Shown here piece after piece: positions 18,040 to 26,601 of a stretch of DNA of 35,255 nucleotides. The position numbers and the translations under genes were made by a program. The stretch is taken from the NCBI GenBank assembly GCA_034667685.1, contig JAXDQU010000108.1, positions 1 to 35,255 of the forward strand, read 5' to 3'. The notes beneath the pieces are model-generated. The model was not told the origin of the DNA. It saw only the letters and a program-made list of their open reading frames with translations, and made no database searches. Numbering within the stretch: the first letter of the stretch is position 1; each line of letters starts with the position of its first letter. The stretch comes from Thermoplasmata archaeon (GTDB lineage: Archaea; Thermoplasmatota; SW-10-69-26; JACQPN01; JAJPHT01).

Positions 18040-20220
18040 CTACCGCCAGTCGTCGAACCACACCACGAGCCGCGCGTTGTAGAGCGGGCTCGCGGGCGTC
18101 AGCAGCGAGGGGGGCGTGACCTGCACGTAGTCGTAGACGTGCGCGCTGCGGGCGATGGGCGCGCTGACGGAGTGCCCGGCGACGACCGCGGAAAGCGTGT
18201 CGTTCCAGTCGACCTCGGCATCCAGGATGTACGGCCCGAAGAGCCAGCTCTGGCCGATCGGGACCGTGGCGTTGTAGCGGCCGATGCTGCTGGCCTGCGG
18301 CGAGGAGGCGTTGTTCGGCTCCAGGACCGAGAGGAGCGTCGCGTTGCCCAGCACCGCGGGCGCGTCGTAGAGCGTCGTGCTCCAGATGGGCGTGCGCGTG
18401 TCGCCGGCCCACGGCGGGTACAGGTTCAGCTTCACGACGGGCTTGAAGCCCAGCTCCGCGAGCTGGTACGCGAGCGACTGCACGTTGACGCCGACGGTCG
18501 CGTTGGTGCCCACCGCGACGTGGCGCTGGACGGGCGCGAGGTCGGAGCCGAAGAGCGCGTCGCGCAGGCCCGTGCCGTAGCCCGCGGAGTAGCCGAAGCT
18601 GCCCGGCAACGACGTGCCGCGGTAGATGCTCTCGCTCAGGCCCGTGTGGTTGTCCTCGACCCACGCGCCCGTGGAGCTGTTGTAGCCGTAGTAGCCCGAG
18701 CCGCTGGGAAGGAACGCCTGGCGGAAGACGCCCGGCGAGCTGGCGTCCGAGACGCGGCCCGACCAGCCGCTCATCGCGACCGAGGGCCAGAAGGGGGACG
18801 CGCCGCCGGTGGCCGAGCCGGCGCCCAGCCCCGCGAGCTGGAAGGTCAGGTTGAGCGGCGAGGAGTGCGAGACGGTCACGTTGCCCGTCCAGACCAGCGC
18901 CGTGCCGTTGCTCGTCCACGCGCCGCCGCCGCTCGTGATGGGCGTGACGGCGCCGAAGAGCCGCGCGCCGCTCTCCTCGGTGACGTCGATCTCCGTGACG
19001 ACGACGCTGTCCGAGACGCCCGAGACGGAGGACTGCGAGACGTGCGTCGCCAGCGTCCACGTCGTCGTCGCGGTGGCGCCCATCGGGTTGGGCGCGCTGA
19101 CGTACACGCCGGGCGTCTCGAACGGGGGCAGCGTGGCCTGGTTGTCGCCGCGCACGAGGAGCGCCGCGTTCGCCAGCGCCCCACGGCTCATCGCCGCGCG
19201 GATCACGTAGTGGTCGTTGATATCACCATCGTAGGTGACGTTGATCTTCAGGTCGGCCGTCGCGCCCGAGAGCGCGCTCTTGAGGCTCGCGACCAGCGCG
19301 GAGCCGGCGGCGCTACCGCTCGTGTCGGTCGCGTTCGAGACGATCGTCCACGCCGGGTTGAGCGCGGTCGACGCGCTCGCGTTCCAGCCGCGCGGCATGA
19401 GCACCGTGACGTTCGCGCCCGCGGGGATCGCGACGCCCGCCGTCTCGTTGACGCGCAGCGTGAGCGCCACGGGCGTGAGCGTCCGAACGCCGGGCGCGGT
19501 GATGGTCTGCGAGCGCACGTCCTGCGACGCGAGAGGATTGCCCGAGCCGTCCACGAAGTAGAGCGAGACGGCGGGCGTCGAGCCGGCGCTGGCGTTCGCG
19601 GCCTCGCGCGTGCTCACGCTCGTGCGCTGCACGTACGTCGCGTTGTCGCCGCTGCGCACGCCGTGCACGACGATGTCGAGCAGGTTGCCCTGCTGCGTCA
19701 CGACGTTGCTGTCGACGATCGGGATGTCGTAGATCTGCACCGGGTCCTCCGTCGGGTTCACGACGGGGAGCGAGGGCGCCACGAACGACCAGCTCCAGTC
19801 CGGCTCCAGCAGGTGCTGCGCGGAGACCGCCTCGCCGGTGGGCGCCTGCGGCTCGTAGACCGGATAGGTGCCGTAGCCATTGCTCAGGTAGACCGCATAG
19901 CGCACGCCGTGCGGCAGCAGCGTCGACATCTTGTCCGTCAAGCGCGAGCAGTCGCCCTGCAGGCACTCCATGAGCGAGACGCTCATCGCGTTCGTGCCCA
20001 GCGTGCTGTCCGTGACCGGCTCGTCGCCCAGGATGTTGAGCGCGTCCTGCGCCGAGGCCGCGACGATCCCGCGCGCGCCCTGGTTGGGCGCCGGGGGCGA
20101 CTGGAACGTGACGACGAACGCGACCGCGGTGACCATGACCGTGGCGATGATCATGGCCTCCAAGACGTGGGTCGCAGCGGCGTCGTGGCGCTCACGCTGG
20201 CGCCCCGCCGATCGATGCAC
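18040..20220 (-). CDS. Large pilin-like surface protein (class III-type signal peptide)
   Basis: Charged leader followed by AAATHVLEAMIIATVMVTAVAFV, resembling archaeal minor-pilin N-termini; Ser/Thr/Gly-rich beta body with many N-x-S/T sequons. Confidence 0.7.
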   Translation of the reverse strand: MHRSAGRQRERHDAAATHVLEAMIIATVMVTAVAFVVTFQSPPAPNQGARGIVAASAQDALNILGDEPVTDSTLGTNAMSVSLMECLQGDCSRLTDKMSTLLPHGVRYAVYLSNGYGTYPVYEPQAPTGEAVSAQHLLEPDWSWSFVAPSLPVVNPTEDPVQIYDIPIVDSNVVTQQGNLLDIVVHGVRSGDNATYVQRTSVSTREAANASAGSTPAVSLYFVDGSGNPLASQDVRSQTITAPGVRTLTPVALTLRVNETAGVAIPAGANVTVLMPRGWNASASTALNPAWTIVSNATDTSGSAAGSALVASLKSALSGATADLKINVTYDGDINDHYVIRAAMSRGALANAALLVRGDNQATLPPFETPGVYVSAPNPMGATATTTWTLATHVSQSSVSGVSDSVVVTEIDVTEESGARLFGAVTPITSGGGAWTSNGTALVWTGNVTVSHSSPLNLTFQLAGLGAGSATGGASPFWPSVAMSGWSGRVSDASSPGVFRQAFLPSGSGYYGYNSSTGAWVEDNHTGLSESIYRGTSLPGSFGYSAGYGTGLRDALFGSDLAPVQRHVAVGTNATVGVNVQSLAYQLAELGFKPVVKLNLYPPWAGDTRTPIWSTTLYDAPAVLGNATLLSVLEPNNASSPQASSIGRYNATVPIGQSWLFGPYILDAEVDWNDTLSAVVAGHSVSAPIARSAHVYDYVQVTPPSLLTPASPLYNARLVVWFDDWR

Positions 20221-20305
20221 CCCTCTAGCTCTGCGAGGGAAGATTCAAGGTCCTTGCGGTGGGGCGGGTTCGGCGGCAGCCACTGTGTCGCGCCGCCCAG
20301 GCGTC

Positions 20306-20336
20306 ACGCCGCCATCGCGACCCTATGGTGGATCGC
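20306..20336. repeat. Direct-repeat copy of the phoU 3' end (att-like, left)
   Basis: 29/31 identical to 24247-24277; on the minus strand it reads AIHHRVAMAA-stop versus AINHRVAMAA-stop in phoU. Confidence 0.88.
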
Positions 20337-20499
20337 CGCGATTCTGGCCTTGACTGTCGTGGACGTGAAAACGCGGGTCGGATCAAGGCTCGCCGCCGAT
20401 CCTTCGTTGCTCGCCCGGGCCTGCACGCAGGCAGGAGGCTCCGCGGGCGTTCAGGGGACGACCCTGCCCGCCCACGCCTCTCGCCTGCGTGCAACCGTC

Positions 20500-21222
20500 T
20501 CAGAACAGCGGGCCGAACTTCACGTTGTCAAAGGCAACGTCGGGAGCGGGCCTGCCGCAATCGCAGCCGGCCACGTCCCCCAGGAAGAGCACGTCGGGCG
20601 GGATGACGTTGTCCGTCCCTCCCATGCCCACGGCTGCCGCGCCGTCGATGCGCAGCGACGCGAAGCGCAACGCAGGGTCGGTGTCCCAGTAGACGAACAC
20701 CTCGTAGTGGTGGCAGAGACCGTCCGTGGGCGCAGGGGTCGTCACGGGCGTGACGGCGTGGGTTCCGCTGACCGAGAAGACGAGATAGACAGTCCCGGCC
20801 CGGAAGCCGACCTCGAGGAAACGGTCCGCGTACCCCGCGCCCCCGTCCCAGTGGGAGGCGAGATCGACGACGCTGCCACCGGCGTTGGCGACGTTCGTCG
20901 CTTGGGCGTCGAACTGGAGCTGGTACTTCAGGGCCAATGGCGTGGAGATGGCCTGCCAACTGAGGTGGCCCGAGGGGAGGTTCTCGAAGAGCGCCATCGT
21001 CCCCCCTCCGGGAGCGCAGCTGGGCACGAGCGTGGGCGGCGTGCCGAAGCCGGTCGAGCCGTTCGTCCAGCCGGTCGTGCCCGCTTCGAAATCGCCGTTG
21101 GTGACGACGTCGACGAGCACGCCCGCGGCGGCAGTGGGAAGCAGCGCGAGCGCAGCGGCGGCGAGCGCGAACGCGACGCGGGAGCGCAGGCGGGCGGATG
21201 GGGTCGGGAATCGGGTTGTCAT
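20500..21222 (-). CDS. Secreted beta-sandwich protein (carbohydrate-binding/lectin-like)
   Basis: Signal peptide ending PTAAA, VVTNGDFEAG..GW at the start and FDNVKF at the end, as in galactose-binding/CBM-like jelly rolls. Confidence 0.7.
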   Translation of the reverse strand: MTTRFPTPSARLRSRVAFALAAAALALLPTAAAGVLVDVVTNGDFEAGTTGWTNGSTGFGTPPTLVPSCAPGGGTMALFENLPSGHLSWQAISTPLALKYQLQFDAQATNVANAGGSVVDLASHWDGGAGYADRFLEVGFRAGTVYLVFSVSGTHAVTPVTTPAPTDGLCHHYEVFVYWDTDPALRFASLRIDGAAAVGMGGTDNVIPPDVLFLGDVAGCDCGRPAPDVAFDNVKFGPLF

Positions 21223-21355
21223 GAGATCACCGTTGCCGGCGCGTGGCCGGCGGGAGGACATGACGCGACGGCGGGTGGACCCTTTGCAGGGAGCCGGTTG
21301 GAGCCGCAGGAAGTTGCTTGACAAAGAACACGTGACCCCACGCTGTTACGCACCC

Positions 21356-22072
21356 ATGAGCGCCGCATCGCTCGACCGCGTCCAGCTCGCCGAATGCCTG
21401 CGCGCGCTCGCGCACGAGAATCGACTGGATCTCCTGGACCTGCTTCGGGTGCCCCATGCCCTGCCGCAGGTCCGCCTCTCGCCCACGCGCCTGCTTCCGG
21501 GGGAGAACCCGGCGCGCGCGATGTCCCGGCAGGCCGTCCACGAGCACGTCGCGAAGCTTCTGGAGGTCGGGCTGCTCCTCCAGCGCGATGCGGAAGGGCG
21601 GCGCGGCCGCGAATACGTCGTTAACCCCCAGCGTCTCTACCAAATCCTGGAGGAGCTGCGCGGCGTCGCGGCCGCCTCGCCCGATCACCCCGCCGCGCGC
21701 GACGAGACCGTGCCCCTCGCGGAAGCGCCACCCGTGCCCCGCGCGCCCGGCCCACGCCTGGTCCTCGCCCACGGCCTGGCCCCCGGACAGGTCTTTCCGC
21801 TCCATCGCAACGCGCTGCGGGATGGACGGGGCTGGATCATCGGCCGGCGCGCGGGGCTCCACGTCAGCCTCGACCACGACCCATTCGTCAGCCTCGAGAA
21901 CTGCGAAATCGTCCCCGAGCCCGGCGGGTTCACCCTGGTCGACCTCCGCCACAGCAGGAACGGGACGCATCTCAACTGGTCGCGGCTGGCCCGCGGAAGC
22001 CGCGCGCATCTGAAGGCGGGAGACATCATCGGCGTGGGGCGAAGCCTCCTCGTGCTCCAGACCGAGCCATAA
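21356..22072 (+). CDS. ArsR-like winged-HTH + FHA domain transcription regulator
   Basis: N-terminal LRALAHENRLDLLDLL...MSRQAVHEHVAKLLEVGLL...REYVVN; C-terminal FHA WIIGRR...DPFVSLEN...SRNGTHLN...LKAGDIIGVG. Confidence 0.88.
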   Translation: MSAASLDRVQLAECLRALAHENRLDLLDLLRVPHALPQVRLSPTRLLPGENPARAMSRQAVHEHVAKLLEVGLLLQRDAEGRRGREYVVNPQRLYQILEELRGVAAASPDHPAARDETVPLAEAPPVPRAPGPRLVLAHGLAPGQVFPLHRNALRDGRGWIIGRRAGLHVSLDHDPFVSLENCEIVPEPGGFTLVDLRHSRNGTHLNWSRLARGSRAHLKAGDIIGVGRSLLVLQTEP

Positions 22073-22149
22073 GCACCCGCCTCCTCCGGCGGTTCCTGTT
22101 ACCCGAAGGATTTAGGATCGCGACCGCCCGTCCCCCGGCGGGCAGGCCT

Positions 22150-24144
22150 GTGGACGCGCCAGTGCTCATCCCGGAGGCCACGCTGGCAACGGCGGTCTTC
22201 GCCGTGCTGCTGGGAGCCCTGGTCCTCGCGGCTCGGTTCCAAGCCCTCAACATCGCGGCGGCCGGCTTCCTCATCTCGCGCGGCGCGGCGGACTTCGCGT
22301 ACCAGATGGCGCGGCAGGCGCCGGACGTCGCCTACGCCACGAATTGGACGGGGATCGCGCAGTGGCTGGAACTTCCCGCCGCCTCCTTCTGCGTGATGGT
22401 CGCCTATGTCCTCTTGGTCCCACGCCCAGCGCTCCACAGGAGCCTCGCGCTCGGCGCGGTCCTCCTGGTTGCCTTCGGAGTGTCCGCCTGGGCGCTCGCG
22501 CAGTACCCCGCAGGCGTCGTCGCGCGGGCGGCCTTGGGTGGCGCGCAAATGTTCGTGCCGGCCGGCTCGCCGGTCGGGCGCACCTACCGCGTGCTCACGT
22601 GGCTGGTCGAGGCAGCCGCGCTCCTCGCGGCGGCGCGCGCCGCCGTCGCGCCCCGACGAGATTCCCGGCAACGCCGGCAGATGGCGCTCGTGGGGCTGGC
22701 CTTCGCCGTTCCTCTGGTGAACGTCACGCTGCTCTGGCTCTTCGGCATTCCACGCGACGTCATCCGCGGCGCGTTCTCGGTGCAGGCTCTCATCGGCAAC
22801 AACGACGGCCCTGGATGGCTTCTGTTCGTCGCCGTGGGCGCGGGGCTGGGGATCCTTGCCGTCGCGATGAGCGTGCGAAGCCTTGCGGAAGCCTTCGAAG
22901 GGCGCCAGCGAAGGGCCGCGTATGCGCTCGTGGCCGCCGCGGTCGCATTGGCTGCATTCGACGACGCGTATTACTTCACGCTCTATGCTCACGGGCTGCC
23001 GATGCCAAGAGGCTACGTCAACGCCCGCTTCCTCGTGGTGGGCGTATCGGCGGCATGTCTCGCGTTGGCGTTCGTGCAGCACGACCTGGCGGGTTTTGAC
23101 GAGCGGATGCGCTTGCGCTTGCGGATCGCCGCGAGAATCGCCCTCATGATCACGCTCGTCGGCCTGCCGGTCACCCTGGTCCTCGCCTTCGCGGGCCTTG
23201 CGTCGTGGGTATTCGTGCTCGTCCTTGTCCTCGCCTTGGCATCCCTCACCCTCGCCGCGGCTCCCCTGGGTGCGCTCAGGGCGGCGACAAGCCGGCTCGT
23301 CCTGGCTTCGCACGAGTCTCCTGCTCGCGCGGACCCCGCGCCGCTGGGCCCCGGGCGGTTCCGCGTCGAACGCGAGCTGGCGCGTGGCACATTCGGCACG
23401 GTGCTCCTGGCCCAGGACGTGACGACGGGCCGCCGCGTCGCCCTGAAACGTCCCCACGCAGGCGGGGAGGGGCATTTCGACGAGGAGGCGCGCGCGCTCC
23501 GCAAGGTCCAGTCCCCGCGTGTCGTGCCGCTCGTCGAAGTCGTGCAGAGCGACGCCGAGAGCCTGCTGGTCCTCGATTACATGCCAGGAGGCGACCTCGC
23601 GACGCTGCTCCGCACCGAAGGGCCGCTTCCCGTGGCGCGCGCGGTTGCCCTCACAGAGGACCTGCTCGAAGGTCTTGCCGCGATCCACGCGGCCGGCCTT
23701 GCTCATGGCGACGTGAAACCATCCAACGTCCTGCTCGACGCGCAGGGGCGCGCCGTCCTGGCCGACCTCGGGGCGGCGCGTCGGATCGAAACCGCGGACC
23801 GGACGCTCACCGCCAGCTTGGGTGTCGGGACCTACCTGACCCTGGCGCCCGAGCGCCTTCGCGGGGGGCGCGCCGACGTGGCGGGTGACGTCTACGCCCT
23901 CGGAGCCGTGCTCTACCGCATGCTCACCGGCGAGGACTACATCTCCTTCGAAGGGCTGACCGCCCTGCAGGCCTCGGACGCAATCCTCCACGAGACGCCG
24001 CGCCTTCCTCATGCGCGCGTGCCCGACGCATTGGCCTGTTTCCTCATCACCGCTCTCCAAAAGGAGGCCGGCGCCCGGTATGGGGACGCGCTTGGCATGC
24101 GCTCGGCTCTCGAAAAGGCGAAATCCGAGCTGACAAGCGACTAG
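22150..24144 (+). CDS. Multi-pass membrane Hanks-type Ser/Thr protein kinase
   Basis: About 11 hydrophobic segments, then LARGTFGTV, VALK, alphaC Glu (FDEEARAL), HGDVKPSNVLL, DLG, GTYLTLAPE and DVYALG. Confidence 0.92.
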   Translation: MDAPVLIPEATLATAVFAVLLGALVLAARFQALNIAAAGFLISRGAADFAYQMARQAPDVAYATNWTGIAQWLELPAASFCVMVAYVLLVPRPALHRSLALGAVLLVAFGVSAWALAQYPAGVVARAALGGAQMFVPAGSPVGRTYRVLTWLVEAAALLAAARAAVAPRRDSRQRRQMALVGLAFAVPLVNVTLLWLFGIPRDVIRGAFSVQALIGNNDGPGWLLFVAVGAGLGILAVAMSVRSLAEAFEGRQRRAAYALVAAAVALAAFDDAYYFTLYAHGLPMPRGYVNARFLVVGVSAACLALAFVQHDLAGFDERMRLRLRIAARIALMITLVGLPVTLVLAFAGLASWVFVLVLVLALASLTLAAAPLGALRAATSRLVLASHESPARADPAPLGPGRFRVERELARGTFGTVLLAQDVTTGRRVALKRPHAGGEGHFDEEARALRKVQSPRVVPLVEVVQSDAESLLVLDYMPGGDLATLLRTEGPLPVARAVALTEDLLEGLAAIHAAGLAHGDVKPSNVLLDAQGRAVLADLGAARRIETADRTLTASLGVGTYLTLAPERLRGGRADVAGDVYALGAVLYRMLTGEDYISFEGLTALQASDAILHETPRLPHARVPDALACFLITALQKEAGARYGDALGMRSALEKAKSELTSD

Positions 24145-24244
24145 CCCATTTCCTGACTTTCTCAGGCAGATGATGACCGTTGTAACGTGGAGGAAGCGCG
24201 CCACGGCGCTCCGCGCCGGGCGCTCTCCAAGCCTCAAATGGCCC

Positions 24245-25249
24245 CTACGCCGCCATCGCGACCCTGTGGTTGATCGCGGTCTCCGCCACGTCGGCGGCGT
24301 AGGCGGCCGTGCGGCCGATGCTCTCCAGGGCGAGCGCCACGTGGAGCATGCTCTCGCCGCCGAGGCTCAGGCTCTCCTTCATGACCGATTCCTGGGTCGT
24401 CTTGAAGGCGTGCGCCTCGGCGATGATCTTGTTCGCGGCGCCGAGGTCCTGCTTGTGGAACGCGGCGAGCGCGTCGGCGAAGAGCGAGACGGCCTTGCGC
24501 GCCTGCTTCTCCAGGCGGCTCTCCAGTTTCTGCTGCACCTTGTCGTTGCGCAGGGCGTCGATGTTCTCCGCGAGGCGCGTGGCGTGGTCGGCGGTGCGCT
24601 CGATGAGGCGCGCGCAGAGCAGGTAGTTGAGCGCCTGGTTCGCGTTGAGGCCCATCTTCTGGGCGTAGGCCGGGTCGCGCAGGATCGCGTGGTACTGCTT
24701 GTTGACCATCCAGAAGAGCGAGTCCACCTCGTCGTCGCGCTCGCCGAAGACGGCGGCGAAGTCGTCCATCTTCTCGTTGAAGAGCTTCAGCGCGTCCTCC
24801 TGCATGTTGCGCGCGAGCGTCTGCATGCGGCGGAGGCCCTTGTCGATGTGGAACTCCTTGGGGTCCATGAAGTCCTGGAGCGTGATGCTGTGCGAGTCCT
24901 CTTCCGTGACCTGGATGCCGATGATGCGCTTGGAGGCCTGGCGCACGGCGCGGCGCGTCGCGGGCGAGAGCGCCTTCTTGGAGCGGATCACGATTACGTC
25001 GTAGCCGTTGAGGTAGGCGCCCACGATCGTGCGGAAGCTCGCGTCCGGGTCCTCGGCGGTCAGCTCGGCCTCGTACTTGGCCTGCTGCGCGCGGAACCGC
25101 GCGTGGGGATAGACGGCCAGGCTGCCGTCCGCCTGCGGGTTGAACCCGACGACGTCTCCCGCGCCCATCTGGGCCTGGTCGACCCAGTCCTTCGGCAGGG
25201 TGACCGTGTAGCTCGAGCCGCCCGTCAGCTGGATCTTGCGAAGCTCCAT
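24245..25249 (-). CDS. phoU: Archaeal phosphate uptake regulator PhoU (N-terminal AbrB-like DNA-binding domain + two PhoU repeats)
   Basis: MELRKIQLTGGSSYTVTLPKDWV, ERDDEVDSLF, ARLIERTADHA and LESIGRTAAYAADVAE. Confidence 0.92.
   Translation of the reverse strand: MELRKIQLTGGSSYTVTLPKDWVDQAQMGAGDVVGFNPQADGSLAVYPHARFRAQQAKYEAELTAEDPDASFRTIVGAYLNGYDVIVIRSKKALSPATRRAVRQASKRIIGIQVTEEDSHSITLQDFMDPKEFHIDKGLRRMQTLARNMQEDALKLFNEKMDDFAAVFGERDDEVDSLFWMVNKQYHAILRDPAYAQKMGLNANQALNYLLCARLIERTADHATRLAENIDALRNDKVQQKLESRLEKQARKAVSLFADALAAFHKQDLGAANKIIAEAHAFKTTQESVMKESLSLGGESMLHVALALESIGRTAAYAADVAETAINHRVAMAA
24247..24277. repeat. phoU 3' end, partner of the direct repeat (att-like, right)
   Basis: ACGCCGCCATCGCGACCCTGTGGTTGATCGC matches 20306-20336 at 29/31. 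Confidence 0.88.
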
Positions 25250-25326
25250 GGAACCAGGGTCCTCGGGATTGTCCTCAGGAGGGAAGCTCTCCTGTGGAGA
25301 ATTCCCTCTTCTCTTGGGACTCTCCG

Positions 25327-25343
25327 TATCACTATATAGTTAC
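25327..25343. promoter_or_regulatory. AT-rich palindrome between divergent phoU and pst remnant
   Basis: ACTATATAGT (25331-25340) is a perfect palindrome in a GC-rich background; candidate TATA box or operator. Confidence 0.5.
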
Positions 25344-25435
25344 GCCCCGAACGAGCGGATCGCCCAGAGCGCTCCGGGTCCTCCGTCGGGTCGCGTCTTC
25401 CCCTCGGGATGCCGCTCGGAGTCCGGAGAGAGCGC

Positions 25436-26163
25436 GTGGACCACCGTGAGCATCCCACCGATCGCGCGACGCGCTGGGCCCTCACGCTCGTCGCGGCCGC
25501 GGTCGCGCTGACGGTGCTCGCCATCGGCTTCGTGCTCGCCACGCACGCATGGGACGCCATCAAGCTCTTCGGGTGGGGGCTGCTCGCGGGCATGCTGAGC
25601 ATCGTCTTCGGCATGTGGGCCTCTTCCTCGTGGCGCCCAAGCTGCGCGCGTCGTTCGAGCCGTGGGTTCTGCATCACCTCGGCTGGATGCACGTCTGGGG
25701 CTCGCGCGCGCAGGGCATCGGCTTCCTCCTCGCGGGGATCGTGCTCGCGATCATGATCCTGCCCACCATCACGAGCATCGCGCGCGACGCGCTCCTCGCC
25801 GTTCCCCGCCTGGAGCGCGAGGCCGCGTACGCGCTGGGCGCCACGCGCTGGGAGGTGGCGCGCGCGGCGCTGAAGTCCGCGAAGGCCGGCCTCTTCGCCG
25901 CCGCGACGCTCGGCTTGGGGCGCGCCCTCGGGGAAACGATTGCCGTTACTTTGGTCATCGGCAACCGCCCCAACGCGCACTTCCACCTCTTCGACCAGGG
26001 GCAGACGCTGGCCTCGACGCTCGCGACGCAGATCGGCGAGGCGAGCGACCCCCTCTTCCTCTCCGCGCTGATCGCGCTGGGCCTCATCCTCTTCGTCATC
26101 ACGCTCGTGGTCAACCTGAGCGCGCGCCTCGTCATCGAGCGCCCCTGGAGGAAGCACGCTTGA
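25436..26163 (+). pseudogene. pstC: pstC phosphate ABC permease pseudogene (internal deletion + frameshift)
   Basis: The N-part ..AWDAIKLFGWG jumps directly to LLAGMLSIVFGMW; frameshift at ~25616-25620; the C-part is intact PstC (IMILPTITSIARDALLAVP..EAAYALGATRWE..LGLGRALGETIAV). Confidence 0.85.
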
Positions 26164-26601
26164 CGAGCCTGAGGCGCAAGCTGACGAACCACGGCTTCAC
26201 GGCGCTCGCCGCCCTCGCGCTGGCCGTCGCGCTCGTCCCGCTCGTGGGCGTCACGTGGGACGTCGTCGCCAAGGGCGCGCCCGCGATCTCGTGGAGCTTC
26301 CTCACGCAGGTCCCCAAGGGGCCCGACGATCCCACGAGTGGCGTGGGGCCCGCGATCCAGGGGACGTTCGTGCTGACGCTCATGGGGGGCGCGATCGGCG
26401 TGCCGCTCGGCGTCGCGGCGGGCACGTGGCTCGCCGAGCACGGGCGCAACCTCTGGGGCGACGTCTTCCGGCTGCTCGTGGACGCGCTCGCCGCAGTGCC
26501 CAGCATCGTGATGGGCATCTTCGTCTTCGCCATCGTCGTCGAGTCGAAGGGCTTCAGCGCGCTCGCGGGCGGGATCGCGCTGGGCCTGATGGTGGTCCCC
26601 C
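26160..26601 (+). pseudogene. pstA: pstA permease, 5' half only
   Basis: TTG overlaps the pstC stop; GVGPAIQGT, GVPLGVAAGTWLAE, LAAVPSIVMGIF and ALAGGIALGLMVVP, after which homology ends. Confidence 0.85.

Larger units (their letters stand above)
20337..24246. mobile_element. Putative integrated three-gene cassette at the phoU 3' end
   Basis: Bounded by 31-bp direct repeats; slightly more A/T-ending codons by eye; no recombinase gene inside. Confidence 0.6.

Noticed and set aside
16099-21321. 1740-aa + strand ORF
   Set aside because: Arg/Gly/Ala-rich shadow frame overlapping several well-supported genes; an expected artefact of high GC.
20885-21355. N-terminal extension of the HTH-FHA ORF given in the ORF track
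   Set aside because: Overlaps the divergent secreted-protein gene; ATG 21356 directly precedes the HTH domain.
25600-25630. Programmed frameshift in pstC
   Set aside because: No slippery heptamer, and the gene also has an internal deletion and a truncated neighbour, so decay is the simpler explanation.
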